Origin: an uncultured Rhodospirillaceae bacterium
GTDB taxonomy: Bacteria > Pseudomonadota > Alphaproteobacteria > MPNO01 > UBA830
Length of the DNA stretch: 64,000 nt
Assembly: GCA_963974055.1 (NCBI GenBank)
Contig: CAXBCP010000024.1
Coordinates: 4,124 to 68,123, forward strand
Direction: 5' to 3'
A program made the translations under genes and the position numbers. This document shows positions 56,507 to 64,000 of this stretch, in pieces (position 1 is the first letter of the stretch; every line of letters begins with the position of its first letter). Below the pieces are notes generated by a model. That model worked only from the letters and a program-made list of their open reading frames with translations, did not search any database and was not told the DNA's origin.

Positions 56507-58480
56507 ATGGATCAACGCAACCTGATACTCGCCATTGTCCTGTCGGTGTCCATCCTGCTCGGCTTCCAGCTGTTCATCGAAGGTCCGCGGATCGAAAAAG
56601 AACGCGCCCTGCAGGAAGCGCAGAAAGCCAGGGAATCCGCACAGACGGTCAAGCCGGGCACCGGCGGTCAGATGCTCGCCCCCGTGCCGGGCCAGGCCCC
56701 GGCGCAGATTCCCGGCGCCACCGCAATTCCGACCCCGGGCGCCGTGCCGCCGGGCGCAGGCGCCCCGGTTGCCGGACAACCCACGGTCCCGGCAAGCATC
56801 TCCCGCTCGGCCGTCCTTGCGAGCACGCCGCGCGTCGCGATCAACACCAAGCGGGTGATCGGATCGATCCGGCTGAAAGGCGCGCTGATCGACGACCTCA
56901 CGCTGCTCGACTATCGCCAGACACTGAAAAAAGACAGCGAAAACATCGTGATGCTGTCGCCGCAGGGGACCGAAAACCCCTATTACGCGCAGTTCGGCTG
57001 GACCACCACGTCGGCGGGCATCACCATGCCGGGCCCCGATACGGTCTGGACCGCCGACAAGCCCACGCTGTCGTTCGGCGACCCCGTAACGCTGCGCTGG
57101 ACCAACCCCCAGGGTATCGAATTCGCCCAGACGATCTCCATCGACCGGAACTTCATGTTCACGGTCAATCAGCGGATTACGAATACCGGCGCCCAGACAG
57201 CGGTGATGCATCCTTACGGCCTGATTTCGCTTTCCGGCATGCCGGAAACGTCCGGGTTCTGGATTCTGCACGAGGGCATGATCGGGGTGTTCGACGAAAC
57301 CCTGACCGAGGTCGATTACAGCGACCTGCCGGATGAAGCCAATGGCGTCAAATCGCTGGAGGGCGCCGGAAAGTGGCTCGGCATTACGGCCAAGTATTTC
57401 GCGACGGCGCTTGTTCCCGACCAGAAAACACTGAACAAGGGCCGCTTCGTGCATACGGCACCCGGCGGCAAGGACAAGTTCCAGGCCGATTACCTCGCCG
57501 CCGCCAGTACCCTGGCGCCGGGCCAGACGGTCGAATTCGCAACCCGGCTGTTCGCCGGCGCAAAGGAAGTGAAGCTTCTCGATTCCTACGAGGAAAAGCT
57601 CGGCATCCCGCGTTTCGACCGGTTGGTCGATTTCGGCTGGTTCTATTTCCTGACCAAGCCGATCTTCTACGCCATCGACTATTTCTACCTGCTTCTCGGA
57701 AATTTCGGCCTGGCGATCCTGCTGCTGACGGTGCTGATCAAGCTCGCCTTCTTCCCGCTGGCCAACAAGTCCTACAAGTCGATGAGCCGGCTGAAAAAGC
57801 TGCAGCCGAAGATGGTCGAAATCCGCGAGCGTTATAAGGACGACCGCCAGCGCCAGAACACGGCGATGATGGAACTGTACAAGAAGGAAGGCGCCAACCC
57901 GATGTCGGGTTGCTTCCCCATCCTGATCCAGATCCCGGTGTTCTTCGCCCTGTACAAGGTGCTGTTCGTCACCATCGAAATGCGCCATGCGCCGTTCTTC
58001 GGCTGGATTCAGGATCTGTCGGCCCCCGACCCGCTCGGCCTGCTGATGGCGTTCGGGCTCGTCCAGTGGGACGTGCCGCAAAGCCTGCAGATCGTCAATA
58101 TCGGCATCTGGCCCATCATCATGGGCATCACGATGTACCTCCAGCAAAAGCTGAATCCGCAGCCCGCGGACCCGATGCAGCAGAAGATTTTCATGCTGCT
58201 GCCGATCGTGTTCACGTTCCTGCTGGGCAGCTTCCCGGCCGGGCTGGTGATTTACTGGGCCTGGAACAACACGCTGTCGATCGCCCAGCAATGGGTCATC
58301 ATGCGCCGGATGGGGGTCTCCGCTTCGGGGGCGAGCATCAACGAAGAACCGCCAAAGGCGCCGCCGCGCGGCAACCGCAAGGCGAAGGAAGCCGCCGAAG
58401 AAGACGACAAGCCCGCCACGCCCAAAGGCCCCGTAAAGGGCAAGGGCAAAACGACCCGCCGTCAGCGCAAGAAGCGTTGA
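56507..58480 (+). CDS. yidC: Membrane protein insertase
   Basis: NLILAIVLS, DFGWFYFLTKP, GNFGLAI, GCFPILIQIPVFFALY, WIQDLSAPDP, AGLVIYWAWNN, basic C-terminal tail. Confidence 0.97.
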   Translation: MDQRNLILAIVLSVSILLGFQLFIEGPRIEKERALQEAQKARESAQTVKPGTGGQMLAPVPGQAPAQIPGATAIPTPGAVPPGAGAPVAGQPTVPASISRSAVLASTPRVAINTKRVIGSIRLKGALIDDLTLLDYRQTLKKDSENIVMLSPQGTENPYYAQFGWTTTSAGITMPGPDTVWTADKPTLSFGDPVTLRWTNPQGIEFAQTISIDRNFMFTVNQRITNTGAQTAVMHPYGLISLSGMPETSGFWILHEGMIGVFDETLTEVDYSDLPDEANGVKSLEGAGKWLGITAKYFATALVPDQKTLNKGRFVHTAPGGKDKFQADYLAAASTLAPGQTVEFATRLFAGAKEVKLLDSYEEKLGIPRFDRLVDFGWFYFLTKPIFYAIDYFYLLLGNFGLAILLLTVLIKLAFFPLANKSYKSMSRLKKLQPKMVEIRERYKDDRQRQNTAMMELYKKEGANPMSGCFPILIQIPVFFALYKVLFVTIEMRHAPFFGWIQDLSAPDPLGLLMAFGLVQWDVPQSLQIVNIGIWPIIMGITMYLQQKLNPQPADPMQQKIFMLLPIVFTFLLGSFPAGLVIYWAWNNTLSIAQQWVIMRRMGVSASGASINEEPPKAPPRGNRKAKEAAEEDDKPATPKGPVKGKGKTTRRQRKKR

Positions 58481-58499
58481 TAACAGGGAGCACCCGGTC

Positions 58500-59174
58500 A
58501 TGACCGATGCGCCGGAAAACAGCCGGGACGATGCCGGGCAGGAATACGATGCCGCCGCGCTCGAGCGCGGCCGCTGGCTGTTCGCCCAGGAATGCGTCTT
58601 CGTTTCCGGCGCCGCCGATTATGACGGCGTGCCCGATACGACCATGCCCGAGATCGCCTTTGTCGGCCGGTCCAACGTCGGAAAATCCAGTCTTATCAAT
58701 GCGTTGACGGGGCGAAAAACACTGGCCCGGACGTCGAACACGCCGGGACGCACCCAGCAGATCAACTTTTTCTCGCTGCTGGATGCGCTGATGCTGGCCG
58801 ACCTGCCGGGCTACGGATATGCCAAGGCGTCGAAAATGGATATCGAACGCTGGACCGTCATGATCTTCGACTATCTCCGCGGGCGGCCGTCGCTGCGCCG
58901 GGTGTGCCTGCTGATCGATGCCCGGCACGGCCTGAAGGACAGCGATATCGGCGTCATGAAAGACCTCGACACATCCGCGGTGTCCTACCAGATCGTCCTG
59001 ACCAAGTGCGACAAGGTGAAAGCCGCCGCCATGGAACGGCTCCTGGCCGACACGCAGGCCCGGATCGCCAAGCATGTCGCCGCCCACCCGGTCGTCGTGC
59101 AGACCAGTTCTGCAAAGGGCACCGGTATCGAGTGCCTGCGCGCGGAACTGGCAATGATCGCCGATATCCGCTAA
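58500..59174 (+). CDS. engB: Ribosome biogenesis GTPase EngB/YihA
   Basis: GRSNVGKSSLIN, SNTPGRTQ, DLPGYG, LTKCDK. Confidence 0.95.
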   Translation: MTDAPENSRDDAGQEYDAAALERGRWLFAQECVFVSGAADYDGVPDTTMPEIAFVGRSNVGKSSLINALTGRKTLARTSNTPGRTQQINFFSLLDALMLADLPGYGYAKASKMDIERWTVMIFDYLRGRPSLRRVCLLIDARHGLKDSDIGVMKDLDTSAVSYQIVLTKCDKVKAAAMERLLADTQARIAKHVAAHPVVVQTSSAKGTGIECLRAELAMIADIR

Positions 59175-59228
59175 ACGCGGTGCGCTAGGCGCAATTCGCG
59201 CTCCCTATTTCGTTGCCGAGAGCAGAAG

Positions 59229-60158
59229 ATGGCAGAGACCAAGAAGAACGAGCCGAAAAACCTGTCGGAGATCAAATCCCTGATCCGGACCGCGGAAACG
59301 CTGACCGAAGCCCTGCCCTACCTGCAGAAATTCGGCGGCAAAACCTTCGTCATCAAGTATGGCGGGCACGCCATGGGCGACGCCCGCCTTGCCGAACAGT
59401 TCGCGAGCGATATCGTCCTGCTCAAGCAGGTCGGGATCAATCCGGTGATCGTCCATGGCGGCGGCCCGCAGATCGGCGAGATGCTTCGCCGCCTCAAGAT
59501 CGAAAGCGAATTCATCGACGGGCTGCGGGTGACCGACAAGCGCACCGTTGAAATCGTCGAAATGGTGCTCGCCGGCTCGATCAACAAGGAAGTTGTCACG
59601 GCGATCAACGATGCCGGCGGCACCGCGGTCGGCATTTCCGGCAAGGACGGAAACCTGATCCGGGCACAGAAGCTCCAGCACCGGCGCAAGACGGATTCGA
59701 ATATCGAAAAAGTCGTCGATCTCGGCTTTGTCGGCGAACCGGTCGCGATCAACACCATGGTGCTCGACACCCTGGCCGGATCGCACATGATCCCGGTCAT
59801 CGCGCCGCTTGGCATCGGCGAAGGCGGCACGACCTACAATATCAACGCCGACACCGCTGCCGGCGCCATTGCCGGCGCCATCGGCGCGACCCGCCTGCTG
59901 ATGCTGACCGACGTCACCGGCGTGCTCGATAAAAAAGGCAGCCTGATCACCGACGTCACGGCCCGTCAGGCAAAGACGCTGATCAAGAACGGGACAATCT
60001 CCGGCGGCATGATTCCCAAGGTCGAAACCTGCCTCGATGCGGTCAAAGAGGGTGTCGAGGCGGCCGTTATCATGGACGGCCGCGTGCCCCACGCGCTGCT
60101 GCTCGAAATATTTACCGAACACGGGGCCGGCACGATGATCCGGTCGGCAAAAAGCTAG
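59229..60158 (+). CDS. argB: Acetylglutamate kinase
   Basis: [45 protein letters not shown]. Confidence 0.97.
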   Translation: MAETKKNEPKNLSEIKSLIRTAETLTEALPYLQKFGGKTFVIKYGGHAMGDARLAEQFASDIVLLKQVGINPVIVHGGGPQIGEMLRRLKIESEFIDGLRVTDKRTVEIVEMVLAGSINKEVVTAINDAGGTAVGISGKDGNLIRAQKLQHRRKTDSNIEKVVDLGFVGEPVAINTMVLDTLAGSHMIPVIAPLGIGEGGTTYNINADTAAGAIAGAIGATRLLMLTDVTGVLDKKGSLITDVTARQAKTLIKNGTISGGMIPKVETCLDAVKEGVEAAVIMDGRVPHALLLEIFTEHGAGTMIRSAKS

Positions 60159-60164
60159 AACGCT

Positions 60165-61433
60165 CTAGCCGCCGAGGAATTCGACCTGCCAGTTCATGTC
60201 GCTTTCCGGCAGGCTGTAACCGCCGCCGGCGGGCTTGATCGCTTCTGACGGCGCAACTTTCGCCAGGCGAAGCTGGAGCTGAAGCGCCAGGTCGGCGGAC
60301 AGCCCGGCCTTCCAGGCCAGCGCGGTAACGCCCTTGGCGCTTGCCAGCGAGAACGCCTTGCGGACGGCCTGCGCGCCGGTCTCCCCGAGCAATGCCACGG
60401 CTTCGATCACGAACTGCCGGTCCCCGCGCAACATCGCGGCCTTGACCGCGCCTTCGTCGAGTTCGTTCTCCGAGAACAACCTGTGCGCTTTGTCGGTGGC
60501 GGATTCCGGATCTTCCGCCGCGCCGGGCCCGGGGTCATCCTTGGCGAGGCGGCGGCGAACACCTTCGCCGATTGCTTCCGTCACGGCGGGATCGAGATCG
60601 TCCCGCGCCATCAGTTTTTCAAGAAGCGCATCGGTGACGAAACGCGACAGCGAGGTGACGGCATGCGCCGACAACGACGGCCGGGCGACCAGCGGGCTGT
60701 GCCAGTCGTCGATATCGGCGGCGCCGTCGACCAGCCGGTCAAGCGTTTCTTCCCGGATCTGAGCGCTTTCATTCGACAAAAGCGTCGTGATCGCGTCGCG
60801 GTCGTCGGTGGCGGCAATCGCATCGGCAACCCCCGCGCCGAGCGCCGGACGGCCGGAAATGGCCTGCAACGCCGCCTGGACCGGGCCGCTTTCGATGAAT
60901 TCCGCAAGAAACGAATCCGACAACAGGGGCGAATTTGCGAGAACCGGCACGGAAACCGCCTCGTCGTGATCGCGGGCCAGCTGCTCGACAACCGATGCAG
61001 ACACGCCGTCGGCGTTCCGAAGCTCGCTCGCCAGAATCCGGCGGACTTTGACGGCTTCGTCGCGGGCCAGCGTTTCGAGAATGCCGGTAACGATATCCCC
61101 CGCCCGCCCGCGGTCGGATTCCGACAGTCCGGGCGCCAGCCGGGCGATCTTTTCGGCGATCCGGCAACGGACGTTTTCGTCCGCATCCCGGGCAAGGATT
61201 TCATCGGCCTGAACAGGCGTCGACGGGTTGGTCGCAATTTCACAGCGGACGCCCGCATCGGCGTCTCCGGCGAGGAAATAAAGAATTTCGGGCTGAACGT
61301 TGGCGCGCCGGGCAAGCTTCCGGCGAACCCCGGCACTGGCGTCGGACGCCCGCAATTTCGCGTCGACGTAATCCATCGGGGCGCCGCCGTCCCTGCGCCC
61401 CAGCGACAGCAGCCCGGAAAGCAGGCTGCTCAT
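60165..61433 (-). CDS. DUF2336 domain protein, paralogue 3 (N-terminal LRV/HEAT-like repeats)
   Basis: PEILYFLAGD..VR..IATNPSTP, LARDEAVKVR, PVLANSPLLSD, LLSNESAQIRE. ATG at 61433 overlaps the upstream TGA. Confidence 0.85.
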   Translation of the reverse strand: MSSLLSGLLSLGRRDGGAPMDYVDAKLRASDASAGVRRKLARRANVQPEILYFLAGDADAGVRCEIATNPSTPVQADEILARDADENVRCRIAEKIARLAPGLSESDRGRAGDIVTGILETLARDEAVKVRRILASELRNADGVSASVVEQLARDHDEAVSVPVLANSPLLSDSFLAEFIESGPVQAALQAISGRPALGAGVADAIAATDDRDAITTLLSNESAQIREETLDRLVDGAADIDDWHSPLVARPSLSAHAVTSLSRFVTDALLEKLMARDDLDPAVTEAIGEGVRRRLAKDDPGPGAAEDPESATDKAHRLFSENELDEGAVKAAMLRGDRQFVIEAVALLGETGAQAVRKAFSLASAKGVTALAWKAGLSADLALQLQLRLAKVAPSEAIKPAGGGYSLPESDMNWQVEFLGG

Positions 61434-63010
61434 GCAGACAGCTTCCGATCCGCATCGGGCGTGTCGACCGGCGCCGGCGCCGCGAACGGCGCGGCGATCA
61501 CAAAACCGGATTTTCCGCCATGCTTGATCTCGTACATGGCCGCATCCGCCCGCGCGGTCAGGTCGCCGACCGTCTCGACGCCGCGCTTTGCATCGAACAC
61601 GGCGACCCCGACGGATATGCCCAGGGGCTTGTCGGACGCGCCGGAGAAAACCCGGAGCCCGCCGGATTCGGCGATCAGCCCGGCCGCCCGCTTTTGCGCC
61701 GCGGATATATCGGTGCGATCGAGCCACATCGCAAATTCGTCGCCGCCGAGCCGCGCGACCAGATCGCCCGGACGGGTATGGGTGACCAGCAGGTCCGCAA
61801 GCGCGATCAATGCCTCGTCGCCGCGCTGGTGGCCGTGCACGTCGTTCACCGCCTTGAAATTGTCGAGATCGACATAGAACAGGCTCCCGTCGGTGCCGCC
61901 ATCCCCGGCGCGCGCGATGCGGTCCGACAGCTCCGCCATGAATGCCCGCCGGTTCAGCAGCCCGGTCATTTCGTCTGTCCGCGCCATCGCTTCGAGCTTT
62001 CTGTGACTGTCGAACTGGGCGAGCAGAATGGCAAACTGGGCGGCGAGCTCGTCGCAGAATTTACGCTCTTCGTCCGAAAACGCGTTGTCGTCGAGGCGTC
62101 GCGAGATCAGGAGCGCGCCGATGACATCGCCGCGATAAACCGCCGGGGCGCACAGGTGGAAATGGTCGCTGTCGGCGGCGGTCACCAGAGACCGGCTTTC
62201 GGAAACGCGCCCGAACACCGTCTTCAGGACCGGCGCATCCGCCGCAACGCCGTCTTCGTCGCAGGACAAAACGTGAAAGATACCGTCTTCTCCCGGCCGC
62301 CGGATATCGGCGTATGCCGCACCGAGCGTATTCCGCGTCTCGGTCAGCGCGGAACAGAGCATCGCATCGGGATCGACCTCGCTGCTTGCCGCGCGCACGA
62401 TGCGGGCCATGGATGCCTCGCGCTGCTGCAACGCGGCGAAGGCGGCATTCTGACGGCGTTCTTCGGTGATATCGCGGCACACGCCGCGCGCGCCGCCGCA
62501 CGCGCCCTGGTCGTCCCGGACGGGAATCGCCGACGTGCTCAGACAGGCTTCGCCGCCGTCGCGCGTCCGGAACCAGATATCGATGTCGCGCACAGGTTGA
62601 CGCGTCTGAAACGGCGTCTCCGATACAGCGCCCACGCCTTCGGCCAGGAACCGCGATGCCGGCGCCCCGATCATCTCGTCGGGCCGGTATCCGAGGGTCA
62701 GCCCCGGCGAGACGAACACGAAAGCACCGGCGGCATCCGTTTCCCAGGCGAAGTCGCCGGACACTTCGACGATTTCCTTGAACCGGCGGCGCGATTCGAC
62801 GAGCGCATCGACGAGCGCGTTGTCCGGTTTCGGCGCGCGGTCGGGCGGATTGTCCGGGGACGGTTCTGCGATTTCGACGGCGGCCGGCACGGGCCGGGCG
62901 GCGGCACGATCCTGCAGCGGTTTCCCGGCCCGAATATCCGCCGGCCTTTCCGCCGGCCTTTCTAACGTCTCAAGCGCCGTTTCACGCGGTTTGAACAGGC
63001 CGAACAACAT
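61430..63010 (-). CDS. PAS-GAF-GGDEF diguanylate cyclase
   Basis: PAS (DFAWETD..GVCRDIT), GAF-like middle, DEMTGLLNRR, DLDNFKAVND, I-site RPGD, RLGGDEF, ADAAMY. Confidence 0.93.
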   Translation of the reverse strand: MLFGLFKPRETALETLERPAERPADIRAGKPLQDRAAARPVPAAVEIAEPSPDNPPDRAPKPDNALVDALVESRRRFKEIVEVSGDFAWETDAAGAFVFVSPGLTLGYRPDEMIGAPASRFLAEGVGAVSETPFQTRQPVRDIDIWFRTRDGGEACLSTSAIPVRDDQGACGGARGVCRDITEERRQNAAFAALQQREASMARIVRAASSEVDPDAMLCSALTETRNTLGAAYADIRRPGEDGIFHVLSCDEDGVAADAPVLKTVFGRVSESRSLVTAADSDHFHLCAPAVYRGDVIGALLISRRLDDNAFSDEERKFCDELAAQFAILLAQFDSHRKLEAMARTDEMTGLLNRRAFMAELSDRIARAGDGGTDGSLFYVDLDNFKAVNDVHGHQRGDEALIALADLLVTHTRPGDLVARLGGDEFAMWLDRTDISAAQKRAAGLIAESGGLRVFSGASDKPLGISVGVAVFDAKRGVETVGDLTARADAAMYEIKHGGKSGFVIAAPFAAPAPVDTPDADRKLSA

Positions 63011-63013
63011 GGC

Positions 63014-64000
63014 TCAGACGCCTGTGGAACGTTTGCGGCTCCAGCCACCGCCCAGGGGTTTTTTCCGCGGGGCCTGCTTCGGCTCGAAACTGAAGATATC
63101 CGGCGACGGCTTGCCGTAGAGATAGCCCTGCGCGTAGGGAATGCCGCAGTCGGTGAGAAATGCGACCGTCGCCTCTTCCTCGACCATCTCGGCGATCGTG
63201 TCGATATCGAGTTCCCGGCACAACCCGGCGATGGCCTTGATAAACGCCCGCAGCTTCCGGTCGTCATGCGCCTGCTGAATATACGCGCCGTCGATTTTGA
63301 CGATATCGACATCGAGCGCATGAAGATATTTCAAGGCGGCCGCCCCCGCCCCGAAATCGTCGAGACAGACGTCGTGACCGGCGGTCCGCAGGCTCTGGAT
63401 GATCCCGTTCACCCGCATCAGATCGTTGATTCGCGCCGATTCCGTGATTTCGATACTGATCTGCTTGCGCAGATTTTCGTGTTTCGCGAGCAGTTTGAGC
63501 AACGCCTCGACGAAAGCTTCGTTTTCGATCGAACGGCCCGACATATTGACCGCCAGATTGACGATCTTGCCCTTCTTGCGCCAGCCGTTCAGTAACCCGA
63601 TCACCTTGCGGAACATGGCAAAGTCGAAATCGCAGATCAGCCCCATGTTTTCGGCGAAAGTGATCAGTTCGTAGGGCGACCGGTCGAGACCGCCCGAAAA
63701 TCTGGCCAGCACTTCGTAGTGATGGACCGCCCTGGTCGGCAATGCGACGATCGGCTGGAAGACGGCGTCGAAACTGTCGGCAGAGACCATTTCCCGGAAT
63801 TCGACCATCTTGGCGGATGCATCCGCCGTCAGCGCGTCCAGGTTCTCGCCGAGATTCCTGATCGCCGGTTCGCTGCTGGGATCGGCGCAATACTGATTGA
63901 TGGTATAGAGCAGCGCCTTGATCGCATCTTTGCTGTCGGCGCCATTGACGCTGGCCGCCGCCGTGCTGCTGTTGACGCGGATGCCGACACCCTCCGGATC
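63014..64000 (-). CDS. EAL-domain c-di-GMP phosphodiesterase (5' end outside the window)
   Basis: FQPIV, EVLAR, AVNMS, IEITE, LDDFGAG, VKIDG, AEMVE, QGYLYGKP. Frame is open to base 64000. Confidence 0.92.
   Translation of the reverse strand, partial: DPEGVGIRVNSSTAAASVNGADSKDAIKALLYTINQYCADPSSEPAIRNLGENLDALTADASAKMVEFREMVSADSFDAVFQPIVALPTRAVHHYEVLARFSGGLDRSPYELITFAENMGLICDFDFAMFRKVIGLLNGWRKKGKIVNLAVNMSGRSIENEAFVEALLKLLAKHENLRKQISIEITESARINDLMRVNGIIQSLRTAGHDVCLDDFGAGAAALKYLHALDVDIVKIDGAYIQQAHDDRKLRAFIKAIAGLCRELDIDTIAEMVEEEATVAFLTDCGIPYAQGYLYGKPSPDIFSFEPKQAPRKKPLGGGWSRKRSTGV

Noticed and set aside
56369-58501. Long antisense or overlapping ORFs (e.g. 56369-58501, 51145-53076, 47796-49598, 7254-8927, 25125-26705)
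   Set aside because: Shadow frames of real genes in high-GC DNA, with no motifs of their own.

Overview
GC-rich (roughly 65% by eye) chromosomal segment of an alphaproteobacterium, probably Rhodospirillales-like. That placement rests on the TTAA-N7-TTAA CtrA boxes, clustered GANTC sites, three DUF2336 genes and the rpmH-rnpA-yidD-yidC-engB-argB order. Housekeeping blocks are panBC, tkt-gap-pgk, rpmH..argB and tRNA-Arg(ACG). Accessory content includes a Zur-boxed zrg-like zinc ABC cassette, a TPP enzyme/CoA ligase/lipoate ligase/beta-oxidation operon, an SDR-SDR-asparaginase-like-TctC operon, and an orphan Mo-hydroxylase large subunit followed by a collapsed Rieske oxygenase pseudogene. I saw no integrase, transposase or CRISPR array. 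Best candidates for undescribed biology: (1) a secreted 10-Cys (NPCAAK/NPCSPC) repeat peptide between a DedA + MerA-like flavoprotein pair and an orphan histidine kinase, with a DNA motif shared by both promoters; (2) tandem DUF2336 paralogues that each have a perfect CtrA box, plus a third DUF2336 coupled to a GGDEF/EAL pair; (3) an SdhA-like flavoprotein with altered catalytic residues, a 2Fe-2S-only partner and a divergent diiron ferritin-like protein. All family calls come from reading motifs; no database search was run.
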